Shown piece by piece: positions 52,623 through 64,000 of a stretch of DNA of 64,000 nt. The stretch spans positions 51,578 to 115,577 of the forward strand of contig JAQGDQ010000529.1 of NCBI GenBank assembly GCA_030141605.1, in the 5' to 3' direction. Under the pieces are notes generated by a model that worked only from the letters and a program-made list of their open reading frames with translations, searched no databases and was not told the DNA's origin. Position 1 is the stretch's first letter, and each line of letters begins with the position of its first letter. The translations under genes and the position numbers were made by a program. This DNA is from Tubiluchus corallicola (Eukaryota; Animalia; Priapulida).

Positions 52623-54264
52623 TACGTACTACCAGTTCATGGGTATATCACATGGTGACTGTGGTAACATTTTGATCGGACATTTTGCTACCATAATCCG
52701 TTAAATCAGTCTTGAACGGTGCATTTGTTCAGCACGTATTACAGGATCAATGCCGTGCTTCTGCAAGTAACTCGGTGAAGTGTAAACACAATGGAGTAAT
52801 CAGTAAAGTTATATCCTTACACGAATTCTACATAGAGTAAGTCAGAATACAGTAAGTTACTAACTTTTATTGTTTGTTATGATCTTTACTGTAGAGATTA
52901 GGTAACAGGAACTTTCAAGATTTACATACCGCCATATTTTGTCATTCAACAATTTAAATGCCCCATTAGTTACAAGAGAAGCCACCTCTCACCTCAGTTG
53001 TGTCTGGCTTTCACCTGGTTAATTAATTCTTGCTTGTAAAGTTTCTCCACGGCAGTAGCTAGAGCCCCTGGTGGTGTTTTTTGTGCTAAGCTCAATCATG
53101 TTTTCGGTTCTTTTGACTTTGACAGCTAATGATAAAGGCATCAGTTGTGTGGTTAAGTTACCATGTAACCTGAAATGTACACATGTAAAATTACCTTTGT
53201 AGAACATAGAACATTTATTTTCTCCAATTAGTTTGACATAAAAAGTTTTTTAAATATTACATAATTATAATCGTGGAGCAGGGCAGGGAAGGACCATAGG
53301 GTCATATAGTCTCCTGCCCTTTCTTGTAAATAGATTAGTATATTAAAAATAAATGGTGATGCTGCAGATAACAAAAACAAATAAGAAAACATAATAATAA
53401 GAACAGTATAAATGATACAAATTATCAAAAAAGAAGTGAAAACAAAAAATAATAAAGTTGGATACCTAAATCTAAACAAAACAATACAATTATTCAGTAA
53501 TTAGGATTATTATATATAGTATTTTCAAATAGGGGTCTTATTAACAGGGGTATTTGACCAAGGTTAGTGAGTAAAGTTAAAAAACTGAGAGTATGGAGAG
53601 ATAAAATAAGTATCAAAAAAGTGTAATATAGAAAAATTTAAGAGAAAAAGTAAGTATGAGAAAGAGAGTATGTAGCATATCATAGCAAGCATCATTAATT
53701 TTTCGCAATTGCTAACTTTTCTTCAGCATGATGTACACGTATGTGTTGGCTCTCCATATTGAAGGTATGTATTGCAATAAAAATAACTGAGGCAACTGTC
53801 GCAGATGCGATTTAATATTCAATTCATTAATTTGCCGTTAGATATTATTATTAGTTTACACTTAATTTCTCATTGCAGCACTGCTCTCATGTTATACACT
53901 GCCACTAAGTTCGTGCTGCCACCTATTAATAAGTTTGTATTTTGCTGGCTGTGTATGTTTTGTATAAAGCTAGGGTAGTTGGCTTCTTGAGTTTGGTTTT
54001 ATTATACTAGGTTAGAAGAGTAATAAGTAATCAGACGTGACTGAATAGGCAGTTGTGTTTAAAATGTTTAATGTTTTGCTAAGATGACAAATGAACACGA
54101 GACTTTATACTTTTACTATTTGAATGACGTAGATGATCTTGACTGTGTGAGTGTTTCTGTCTGTATAGATCAGTGCTCAAGTGTTTAAATCTTTCTGTGC
54201 AAAATCTAAATGTGTTAACATTTGTCCTCTTGCTGGTTTTCTGACTGGTTCTATTGCTTGTTGA

Positions 54265-54673
54265 AGAGCTATCTTCAGGTAGTCTAAGCATATGCCCAAT
54301 CCAGAGCTATCTTCACTGGATTATCTTTGCGTAGTCTAAGCATATGCCCAATCCAGAGCTATCTTCACTGGATTATCTTCAGGTAGTCTAAGCATATGCC
54401 CAATCCAGAGCTATCTTCACTGGATTATCTTCAGGTAGTCTAAGCATATGCCCAATCCAGAGCTATCTTCACTGGATTATCTTTAGGTAGTCTAAGCATA
54501 TGCCCAATCCAGAGCTATCTTCACTGGATTATCTTCAGGTAGTCTAAGCATATGCCCAATCCAGAGCTATCTTCACTGGATTATCTTCAGGTAGTCTAAG
54601 CATATGCCCAATCCAGAGCTATCTTCACTGGATTATCTTCGCGTAGTCTAAGCATATGCCCAATCCAGAGCTA
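54265..54673. repeat. 52-bp minisatellite, about 7.5 copies
   Basis: Unit agagctatcttcactggattatcttcaggtagtctaagcatatgcccaatcc. Confidence 0.95.
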
Positions 54674-55708
54674 CAACTTCTTTGTGCCTGAATTACGATG
54701 AAAACGTCAGCAGGGATGAGAATGACAAATTGCAAAACACTGTGAGACAGGCCGTAGGCAGCAACAAATTGTAATTTTGTAACCATAGAGAGCCTCTAAG
54801 TGGACTTAAATTATCAATTACCTTGTTTCATGCATAATTTAAAATACCCAACTATCAAGGATACATGATACCTAATTGACTCAAAAACGTCTAAGTACTG
54901 GCCACTCCTATGCAAAAGTATATAAAAACTGTCTGCAATTGACTCAAATAACTCTGCGCAATTGATTCTATATTTTTATACATAGAGATATACACGTGGT
55001 TACATTGATGTACGTGATGTAAACAAAGTGACGGCCTGCCAACTAGCGGCCACAACTAGTAGTTTGTGAAATAATGTACTGGGGCCGTAAAAATTTTCTC
55101 AACGAATTTACGCGATTTACAAAAATGGCACTACTGGTCTTCCAAAAACTCGGAATTCCGCGTATCCGCAGAATATTCTCATCCCTGAAACGTATGCCTA
55201 TCCGACGTGTGTGGTTTCAGCAGGATGTAAGCGACAGCCCAAACAGCCCCTGTCATGAACCATTTTATTTTGTACGCCAAATTGTAAACTTTAGCCTGAC
55301 TTCTTTATTCATTGTTACAATTTTTGTTATTAAGAATTAATCTGCATTATGATACCCTGCTGTTGCTTGAAAATAGAACTGTTGTAGCCATTTTTACCTT
55401 TGTTCATGATAAAGTCTTTTATCAGACATTACCCACATTTTGTTCTCTTAGTCTTTTACTTAACACTGTAAGTTACCATACATTATGTGAATGCGCAGTT
55501 ACTTAGTTATAATAAAAACTAATAATTATGAGTATTTGCTGGAGAATCAAGTAGAAATTTATGCTAATTTTCAGCCCAGTGCACATTTCACGTAAAAAAC
55601 ATCAGACGGTAAAATAAACCTCAATAGAGGTATTACAGCAAAAATTTAAATAGAACTTACCCAATTTCAAATGTCATTGTATGGCTACATGTTGTAGTTT
55701 ACCCAATT

Positions 55709-55850
55709 TCAAATGGCGTCGTACGGCGTTGTCAGCTGTATGTTGTAACTGTATCCTTCATATCCACTGTAGGTTGACAAACAGTTTTCTGGTAGCTGAT
55801 TCTCCGCAAAGTTTCCAGAGAAATCATATACTAGTACTCTCCCGCGTTGC
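55709..55850 (-). CDS. FBXW8: F-box/WD repeat protein 8, last exon (QRGRVLVYDFS...CLSTYSGYEGYSYNIQLTTPYDAI*)
   Basis: Resembles the recalled FBXW8 C-terminus (HRGLIRAYEF...YDLALAFPYNHV); tttatttacag acceptor; phase 2 consistent. Confidence 0.85.
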
Positions 55851-56312
55851 CTGTAAATAAATACTAATCTATGAATATCACCTACAAGTAAACCTTGATT
55901 AAAATTACAGAATGCTACCTTAACACAATTGGATATTCTGTTGGCATCCTTCTGTCTTGGAAGACAATGGAATGTGCGCCAAGAGAATCCGATCCTTGAA
56001 CGTCTGCAGGGCGCACACGTGGGCAAGGTGTATGGAGATCCTAAGTTGCCCAGACAGCAGGAACCCCCTCTCTTCCTCCCTGGTGTAGTCCAAAGGAAAG
56101 CGGAGCGATACGTTTGGCACCAGATTGGCTGCAGGAGCTCCCGGAGTCAGTGAGCATGTTGCACTGGTCCGCCTTCGGGGCTCCACTCCTGATTTGGAAG
56201 GTTTACTCCTCTACACATGGCCGTTGGGTCATTTGACCTCCTCCGCCCTCCAGCCGTTGGCTGCTTGTGCAGCTCCTCCGCCTAGTGTTGAGATACAGTG
56301 TGGGCATCCCGC

Positions 56313-56432
56313 AAGCCTACAGCACCTGGTGTTCCTAGGCGGTCACCCATCCATGTACTAACCAGGCTCTACGTTGCTTAATCTTCGGTGATCAGACGAG
56401 AACCGGTGTTTTCAACGTGATTTGGCCGTAGT
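56313..56432 (-). pseudogene. Near-full-length 5S rRNA-derived sequence (SINE3-like head or pseudogene)
   Basis: Minus strand ctacggccaaatcacgttgaaaacaccggttctcgtctgatcaccgaag.ttaagcaacgt...tggatgggtgaccgcct...gtgctgtaggctt follows metazoan 5S; single copy; no oligo-T terminator. Confidence 0.9.
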
Positions 56433-56616
56433 GCTTCTCCTCCTCTAAGAGTCTGCTGGTCTTGCTTGTTATTGGCAGCATTAGATTCGTTAGATACTAA
56501 ACTCTTGACTAACTACATTCACTAAGAGTGCGGTCATTCTATTAAACACAAAAATTAGTCCTTCTAAAGCTGTAAGCATTTTTTAACATTCCGAATTATA
56601 TACAAATAACTAACAA

Positions 56617-56940
56617 TAGACCCGCCCTAATCTATGGGCTGGAAGCAGCACCTCTAAAGAAGACCGAAGAGAAGAAAATGGATGTGGAGGAGATGAGGAT
56701 GTTGAGATGGATGGTGGGAATAAGAAGAAGAGATAAAATTAGAAATAATAATATCAGAGGAACAGTAAAAGTAGTGGAAGCCTCGCAAGATTACGATGGT
56801 ATGGACACCTGAAAAGAAGAGTCGGTGGAGATCTTGTGGGAAGGGAAGACATAAATGAAGAGATGGTCAACAACAGGAATGCATGGAGAAGACTTATTCA
56901 CAACGGCTACCCGGACTAGGGAAAAGCTGGGAAGAAGAAG
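56617..56940 (+). mobile_element. 5'-truncated RTE-clade LINE with (GAA)n tail
   Basis: YGLEAAPLKKTEEKKMDVEEMRMLRWMVG..RDKIRN..IRGT..RLRWYGHL; 17-bp TSD atacaaataactaacaa at 56600-56616 and 56941-56957. Confidence 0.92.
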
Positions 56941-57484
56941 ATACAAATAACTAACAAATCATTTGTTTATTAAGAGCAGTGATTTTCACCACAAGGACAT
57001 ATTGCTAATTTTTCACAGAGATTGAAGCTGTTTAGTCATGAAAATGGTCGAGGAGAAAAAGTTGACTGAAATAGTCAAATTATCACTGGTGTTAAGTTGA
57101 AACTTTATCAACATTCCTTCCCTTCTCGGGCAATTAGGTGTAGTAAGTAAAACAATCAGAGACTTGGGGTTATTTCACGATTACGTGTATTCCCGTATAA
57201 TTTGGAAAACGTATTAAATATAATTTTTAAGGTGATTTTCTGAAACCTGCTTCAGGTACCGTTTTCTTTTTTTTATTATTATTGTTATCACATTCAGTAC
57301 AATATAATGACATTAAGCACACATTGACATCAAAATTATTAAATCTACTATATTAAATTGTTATGCTTCATACACTATCGTAATCATAAAAGAATAATTG
57401 TACTGCAGTGGGCTAGAGAAGCAAAGGCTTGTATAAGCCCACTGTCATGTGAACCTGATAAAAAAAGAATGGATGAGTGAACAA

Positions 57485-57805
57485 AAAAAGAACTGGGAGA
57501 AAGGTTAGATCACACAGGAAGGGTAGAAGGATGTGTTAGTGGAAATGGTAGGAAGAAAGATAATAGATTGCGCTATGTTGACATCAGTTCTAAAGATTTA
57601 TCAATGATGCCTTGTCTTGCATAATCTGTACCAGTAATTTAGTAATTAAGTAATTAAAAAAGAACTGGGAGAAAGGTTAGATCACACAGGAAGGGTAGAA
57701 GGATGTGTTAGTGGAAATGGTAGGAAGAAAGATAATAGATTGTGCTATGTTGACATCAGCTCTAAAGATTTATCAATGATGCCTTGTTTTGCATAATCTG
57801 TACCA
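57485..57805. repeat. Direct duplication of about 150 bp
   Basis: aaagaactgggagaaagg...gcataatctgtaccag occurs twice. Confidence 0.9.
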
Positions 57806-58158
57806 GGATTGTGGTATGATTGCTGTAGTAGGTGGTAGTTCTTGTCCTTTAATAAAAAATTCTAAGGCATTACTACAGTGTATATAATTTTGCTCGTGGC
57901 TCCAGTAATTATCAAAATTTAAAAGTAACATATAGAACATGATAAATTCATAAACAAGACATTAGTTTGCAGTAAATTTGGCACTCATCGACTTGCGGTA
58001 AAGGTGCTACTGCTAAGAGTAAAATGCATTAGCTACAAACACACCCACACATTACAAGGTCTACATCTACTGCAAATTAAGCCCTTGAGTTGAGAATTCA
58101 GTTTTCCATAGTAATTATTTATTTGACAAATATGACGTCTAATGAATGAAGTATGTAC

Positions 58159-58266
58159 CATTTGTGAGTCATTCTTTCACCATCCTCAATCTCGGGGTAT
58201 AGTTCGCGTGGAATATTTGCCGTGATGAGCTTCGATCTACCAAAGTGTAGATACCGTACTGGATGC
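58159..58266 (-). CDS. FBXW8: FBXW8 exon (HPVRYLHFGRSKLITANIPRELYPEIEDGERMTHK)
   Basis: Resembles HPVQHISFSSHSLITANVP; ttttcacag acceptor; phase 2-2. Confidence 0.85.
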
Positions 58267-58898
58267 CTGTGAAAACATGACAGTAGAGATTACAGTGCTT
58301 CTGTCTTGTAACCTTACATTAACATCTCGTTAACATGTTATTATTATGTACATATATATCCTCATGTAAGTCTAATTTTTTATTTTTTTCTACTTCACTG
58401 TTGAGCATTCACTGCATTTCTGTATTCACTCAAACAGTTAAACAACTAAAAGTAATCCAAGGACAGAAATCACAGATTAAATAAGAATATGGTACCATAA
58501 AGAAACAATAATATCATATCTTAGAAATATCACCAGTATTTCATAATAATCAAACTAGCGTTCAATAAAATACCTGCATCTGAAAAACTGAAACACTCCA
58601 AGATTAAGAAAGAAATAAAAGTGGTAGGAGTTTAGTACGAACCAGAAATTCGTCACACTAGTACATGTACTCATCCACTTACGACCACAATCAATCCTAG
58701 TGGATTTATCGTAAGATGACTTGGATGCAAGTGGAGCCCATATATTTAAGCGGTATGTCCCTACATGCAAGACGTTGTGTGCGTACTCATGCTAAGTATG
58801 GAAGCATGAATTTATTGAAACAGATTTAAAGTTTATTTGTTAAAAAAAGGGAAATGCGAGTTATAATTAGTTTTATAAAATTATTTGACCACTTCACT

Positions 58899-59650
58899 GC
58901 CTGTATGACGAGAATCTCCCATCGTGAAAATGCTATTCCAACTGTCCTGTATGACGAGAATCTCCCGTCGTGAAAATGCTATTCCGACTGGCCTGTATGA
59001 CGATCTCCCGTCGTGAAAATGCTATTCCGACTGTCCTGTATGACGAGAATCTCCCATCGTGAAAATGCTATTCCAACTGTCTGTATGACGAGAATCTCCT
59101 GTCGTGAAAATGCTATTCCGACTGTCCTGTATGACGAGAATCTCCCGTCGTGAAAATGCTATTCCGGCTGTCCTGTATGACGAGAATCTCCCGTCGTGAA
59201 AATGCTATTCCGACTGGCCTGTATGACGAGAATCTCCCATCATGAAAATGCTATTCCGACTGTCCTGTATGACGAGAATCTCCCATCGTGAAAATGCTAT
59301 TCCGACTGTCCTGTAAGACGAGAATCTCCCGTCGTGAAAATGCTATTCCGACTGTCCTGTATGACGAGAATCTCCCGTCGTGAAAATGCTATTCCGACTG
59401 TCCTGTATGACGAGAATCTCCCGTCGTGAAAATGCTATTCCGACTGTCCTGTATGACGAGAATCTCCCGTCGTGAAAATGCTATTCCGACTGTCCTGTAT
59501 GACGAGAATCTCCCATCGTGAAAATGCTATTCCGACTGGCCTGTATGACGAGAATCTCCCATCATGAAAATGCTATTCCGACTGGCCTGTATGACGAGAA
59601 TCTCCCATCGTGAAAATGCTATTCCGACTGGCCTGTATGACGAGACTCTA
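58899..59650. repeat. 46-bp minisatellite (cctgtatgacgagaatctcccgtcgtgaaaatgctattccgactgt), about 16 copies
   Basis: Tandem periodicity. Confidence 0.95.
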
Positions 59651-59861
59651 CCGTCATACTTAATATGCAAATTAACACGCCACATGCGATTAAAGGAATC
59701 TAGCTTTGAAAACAAAAAGTGGGTGGTGTCCTCTGTTGTCTAAAAAAGAAGATACACAAGCTAGAAAACATTCATGACCAAATAACACACAAAATGCTCA
59801 AAAAAGATTGCTGTTATTGAGACACTGTTACGATACAGAAACGGAATTAATTTTTACAAAC

Positions 59862-60038
59862 CAGTTGGAAAGTTCCCAGAGTTTAGCCGACATTCGCTGA
59901 TCCCACACGCAGACTACACCATCCATTCCACCACCGATGACCTTCCATTCATCGCACTGGACAGCGCTCACCGTCGCCGAGTGACCGGACAATGTTGCGG
60001 ACGGTCGGTCTCCATTGCGCAAGTCATAAACCCTTACT
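59862..60038 (-). CDS. FBXW8: FBXW8 WD40 exon (VRVYDLRNG...GHSATVSAVQCDEWKVIGGGMDGVVCVWDQRMSAKLWE)
   Basis: WD40 repeat resembling VQMDDWKIVSGGEEGLVSVWDYRMNQKLWE; phase 2-2. Confidence 0.9.
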
Positions 60039-60188
60039 CTGAAACGTACGAAGGCGTTAAAATCACGATGGAACAAACTTTCCAAGATTCTCTATAACTG
60101 AACAGCATGAACAACAAAAGTTATAGATTAAAATAACAATTTGGAGCAGCCTGGAATAGCTAAGCACATACCTTCTGCAACTGTTAAT

Positions 60189-60578
60189 TAGGGGTGAGCA
60201 TTGTAATTTCGAATTCGATTCGAACAAGTTTTTTAATTCAAATTCGATTCGAACCCGGAATTATGGATTCGAAAGCTTCACCAGGTTAGCTACATGTGTT
60301 TTTTGTCATTAAAACATTTGAAACAGCATGCAATTAGCACGAGTTTTGCGTACGATTTTTAAACAAATTATTAGCGATTTTACTGCAGAACAATATCGAA
60401 CAATATGCATGATCTTTGTCAGACTGCTTTTTATTTATTATTTGAAAATTTATTCACAAATCTTTAAAACTGAATTCGATTCAGATTCGAAATCTTGAAA
60501 ATCGGTTTGATTCGAGTTCAAAAGTCAAAAATTGCATTTAATTTAAATTTGCTTTCTGACAGAGAATGCTCATCGCTG
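60189..60578. mobile_element. hAT-like MITE with ttcgaa/ttcgat subterminal motifs
   Basis: Ends taggggtgagcatt / aatgctcatcgctg. Confidence 0.55.
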
Positions 60579-60816
60579 TCGTCACGCCCTGCTGAACTTG
60601 GTCACCGTGAATGGCCCATGACTCCTTTGGTTCAATACTTGTTCTGGGCGTTTCATTCGCTGCACTGAATCTGGCTGTTTATGTTATAGAGGGAGATAAT
60701 ACATAACCATGGTTAAACTAACTCTTCTTGCCTAGTAGCTTTAGAAACAGCATACGTCATTGTATTTCTAGATTTACAGATTCCAAATTTGAGAGACGAG
60801 ACAACATAATACACAT

Positions 60817-61357
60817 TGTCTAGCCTCGTTATCTCGCCCCTCGTTATGCCGCCAAACTCGTCTCTCGCCATAGAAAGTACCAGGACGGATTTCCTGCTTT
60901 GATATTTACCTCGTTAAGTCGCCACCCTTCGCTTCTCGCCCCGCCACGTCATGCTAGGATGAGTGCTTATGTAAACTATATTCGTTATGTCGCCAAACAG
61001 ACAAACTCAGAGGTGAATCGATCAATACATATACCGCGTGTCGATGAATATAACCGCGGTATGTAGACAATGCTGCTGTACTCGATAGACAGACATAATT
61101 AATCTAGTGTGTGTCTCACCAGGATTAGATTAGGAGTGCTGTGGTTGCTTAATGACATTTTTTCATTTCTGATTTAATGTTGATAGGTATCATAATGCGA
61201 AATATATTTTATATGTACATAGAGGAACACTATGTTAATCAACTATTATGTACATACATATAGACTAACTTCGTTATATTCCCGTTATCTCGCCATACTC
61301 GCCTCTCGCCAAAAATTTGCCCTAGACGGACAGTGGCGAGATAACGAGACTAGACTA
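60817..61357. mobile_element. Tc1/mariner (pogo-type) MITE, copy 2, inverted relative to 969-1539
   Basis: Reverse-complement match to 969-1539 with one internal replacement. Confidence 0.88.
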
Positions 61358-61514
61358 CACTTAAATTTACGAGGCACATTTGGAAGGTGAAATCACTGGA
61401 AGGCAAGGTGCCATACTTCGTGTATGCATAAATTCTCAAATCAAACCAGCAAGACGAAATAGAATGTTTTGGATCATGAATCATGAGCTAAATCATGAAA
61501 ACGAGAAAGCATAC

Positions 61515-61642
61515 TTGCAATCTTGGCAACCGGTGACTAAAAGATTGCCAGGACTATCTCCCAGATTGATACAGGAAACTTCCCACTGATGTCCAAGCAA
61601 ATTACCAATGAACTTCCCAGTGCTTGCGTCGAACAGTTTCAC
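61515..61642 (-). CDS. FBXW8: FBXW8 WD40 exon (VKLFDASTGKFIGNLLGHQWEVSCINLGDSPGNLLVTGCQDC); gene continues beyond the window
   Basis: GH..V.C...LLVTG..D WD40 pattern; tttactag acceptor, GTATGC donor; phase 0-2. Confidence 0.88.
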
Positions 61643-62510
61643 CTAGTAAATGTAAAAAAATCCCGTGACACAAAACTGTTATTTATAACCTCTGTCGGGA
61701 TGAGTTGCATTAAATGACGACATAATGGATGTTTGAATCTCCAATATTTTCTTGAACAATGGATACTGAATTAAATTCGGTTTTTGGCTGACAGATAACT
61801 CAATCCAACTTGAAGTATTGAACGAAACAATTAGAATAACTAGCACAAACAGATACGAAATCGAAACTTCCGAAGTATTTTTCTTGGAAACTTCTAGCGG
61901 TGTCAGAGCAATGATGTCATTGAGTGGAAATCAAATTTTTGGGCACTCTTTATCCTTTTCCTATCCTGACACAATAACCACGTTTGAATATATATAGGTG
62001 GCACAAAACCTTTTGCTTAAGGGAGCACAGAAGCAAGCGATAAAACCTTGCCGAATTTAATGGCATTGGGAAAACATGGATGATGTATGTGTAATGTGCA
62101 GCAGTGGTAGGCTACATAAAGTGAGAAGATTACGGACAGTTTTTACATTCAAACTGCAATAACCCTTAGAATTTATTCTAAATTTTCTTTGGCAGTTATA
62201 TGGTCACATATATAATCTATCTTTTGAATGCACTGTTTTTATAATAAAAAATTGTACATTGTTTTTTTATTTAAAAAGAAGTGTCCCTATTTAATCCTGC
62301 ATTTTGGGGTTAAAAGGCCAGCCTTATTTTTCGTTCTTGTACGCATCTTGCATTACATGAGGTGAAAAGAGATTTAGGTTTTAAAAAATGTGTTCTAAAA
62401 TAAGTTATTTTGATATCTAGGATAAATTAACAAATCGCACTGCTCCTAGCACAATCTGTTGCATATCATCCAACATTTTAGGATGGACTGTAGCTCCCAC
62501 AATTTGCTCA

Positions 62511-62850
62511 TTGTATTGTGCTGTACTTGGTGTTGTTTTGTTGTATTGTGCTGTACTTGGTGTTGTTTTCTTGTATTGTGCTGTACTTGGTGTTGTTTTC
62601 TTGTATTGTGCTGTACTTGGTGTTGTTTTCTTGTATTGTGCTGTACTCGGTGTTGTTTTCGTGTATTGTGCTGTACTTGGTGTTGTTTTCTTGTATTGTG
62701 CTGTACTTGGTGTTGTTTTCTTGTATTGTGCTGTACTTGGTGTTGTTTTCTTGTATTGTGCTGTACTCGGTGTTGTTTTCGTGTATTGTGCTGTACTTGG
62801 TGTTGTTTTCTTGTATTGTGCTGTACTTGATGTTGTTTTCTTGTATTCTG
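62511..62850. repeat. 30-bp minisatellite (ttgtattgtgctgtacttggtgttgttttc), about 11 copies
   Basis: Tandem periodicity; explains four overlapping repetitive ORFs. Confidence 0.95.
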
Positions 62851-64000
62851 CTCCAGCAGGGAGTCATTTATAAGTGCATAGCATGCTGTCTCGATTCACC
62901 CCGTTATTTACATTAAACAAAGTGTATAAAACTGCTCAAAAACTCACAAAAAATTGGTGACTCAAAACTGGAAAAAACTATCAGGTATTACTGAAGTCAC
63001 TCAACCGGCAGCTACAAAACAACCACATCTGGTCCACTGATTAGGCCTGTGCAATAAAAGTGTAAAGTACCATTATTTTTTGTGTTGCCATGGCGACTAA
63101 GATTGACTTCACAATGATGTAAAATTTTCTTGAGTTTTGTCCCTATTCACCCCAGCTTATGAAACTCAAAAATACACTAATCAACTTGTATACCGCACAA
63201 GATGCTTTGTGCAAGGATCTAATATTTATGCTTATTAATGAATATGATTTCCACCATAAAGCTAAGCCTTACTTTGGAGAATTAGAAGACATATTGGGTT
63301 AGGTTATCTTGTTCTTTGCATGCAGATTGACACGTCATATTCCGTTAACTTGTATTCTTTCCAAACCAGGCAAGTACATTTTAAGCACAAACATAAAGAT
63401 TGGTAGTTAAGAAACTACATCGGTCAATGTCAAATCTTTCTCCCATCATTGTTTTTTATTGGTATACAACGTATATGCTCACAAATGCTCCTCTTTTTAT
63501 CAGTTGCAGTCACTTTGAAAGCATTTTGCTTCATTTCACGTTATATGCAAGAAGTTTTCTGGGCTTGTGTCTTTTTTTGTTGTTTGTCTTTCATGACACC
63601 TGCATTTAAGACACAGTTCAGGTATTTTATGTCAGAATCCAATGCAAAACTACTCAGGAGGAAGCCTTCCTGTTCTGGAGAATATCGCTCAAGCATTGTA
63701 TATGATAACATTACTCTTTTGAGTCAATTGTAGTCACTTTTTCAAAGGATGCCTTGAAAAAAATTGCTTTATTTTATTTTTTGTAAAAGGAGTTTTTGAC
63801 ACCTTTTTCTCACAAAGCAGCCCACTTTTCTTATGACTAGTTTTCTTGCATAAAGACCTGAAAACCCTGTGTATGTCTTGTTTCAAAATGCAAGTGAAAT
63901 GCAAATAATAATATGCCAAAAAAACACAGTTACTTGCTTGGCAAGCATTTTTATTCTGCATTGTTAGTATTTACATTCATTACAAGTTAATAAACAGTGG

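Noticed and set aside
56313-56432. Functional 5S rRNA gene
   Set aside because: Solitary and intronic, with several substitutions and an insertion relative to recalled 5S consensus, and no Pol III oligo-T terminator.
62948-63046. Possible further FBXW8 exon (ttgcacag ... gtgagt on the minus strand)
   Set aside because: Stops in all three frames and phase does not match exon 61515-61642.

Overview
AT-rich, intron-containing animal (invertebrate) genomic DNA, not prokaryotic. Four protein-coding genes can be reconstructed by hand from GT-AG boundaries with consistent phases. (1) The 3' end of a + strand tail-anchored KASH-domain (LINC complex) protein, ending TM-...LELRWSDGPPPV* at 5962; the ORF track misses this exon. 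(2) A complete - strand fasciclin-3-like Ig-superfamily receptor (signal peptide, 5 Ig-like domains, TM, acidic tail; 40891 to 22204). (3) A compact Orai Ca2+ channel gene (+, 46720-48862) with an unusual inner-pore substitution. (4) The last four exons of FBXW8 (-, 61642 to 55709). The most striking structure is a four-unit tandem macro-repeat (9671-24581). Each unit carries a copy of the Ig receptor's last (cytoplasmic-tail) exon with its own acceptor and poly(A) signal. The proximal copy encodes an acidic tail; the three distal copies encode a diverged tail frameshifted to a basic end. The exon has stayed diverged while its immediate flanks are almost identical. The rest is minisatellites (27-75 bp units), Tc1/mariner- and hAT-type MITEs, LINE remnants, tRNA-SINEs and a 5S rRNA-headed chimeric retroelement. 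All divergence figures and copy counts are by-eye estimates.
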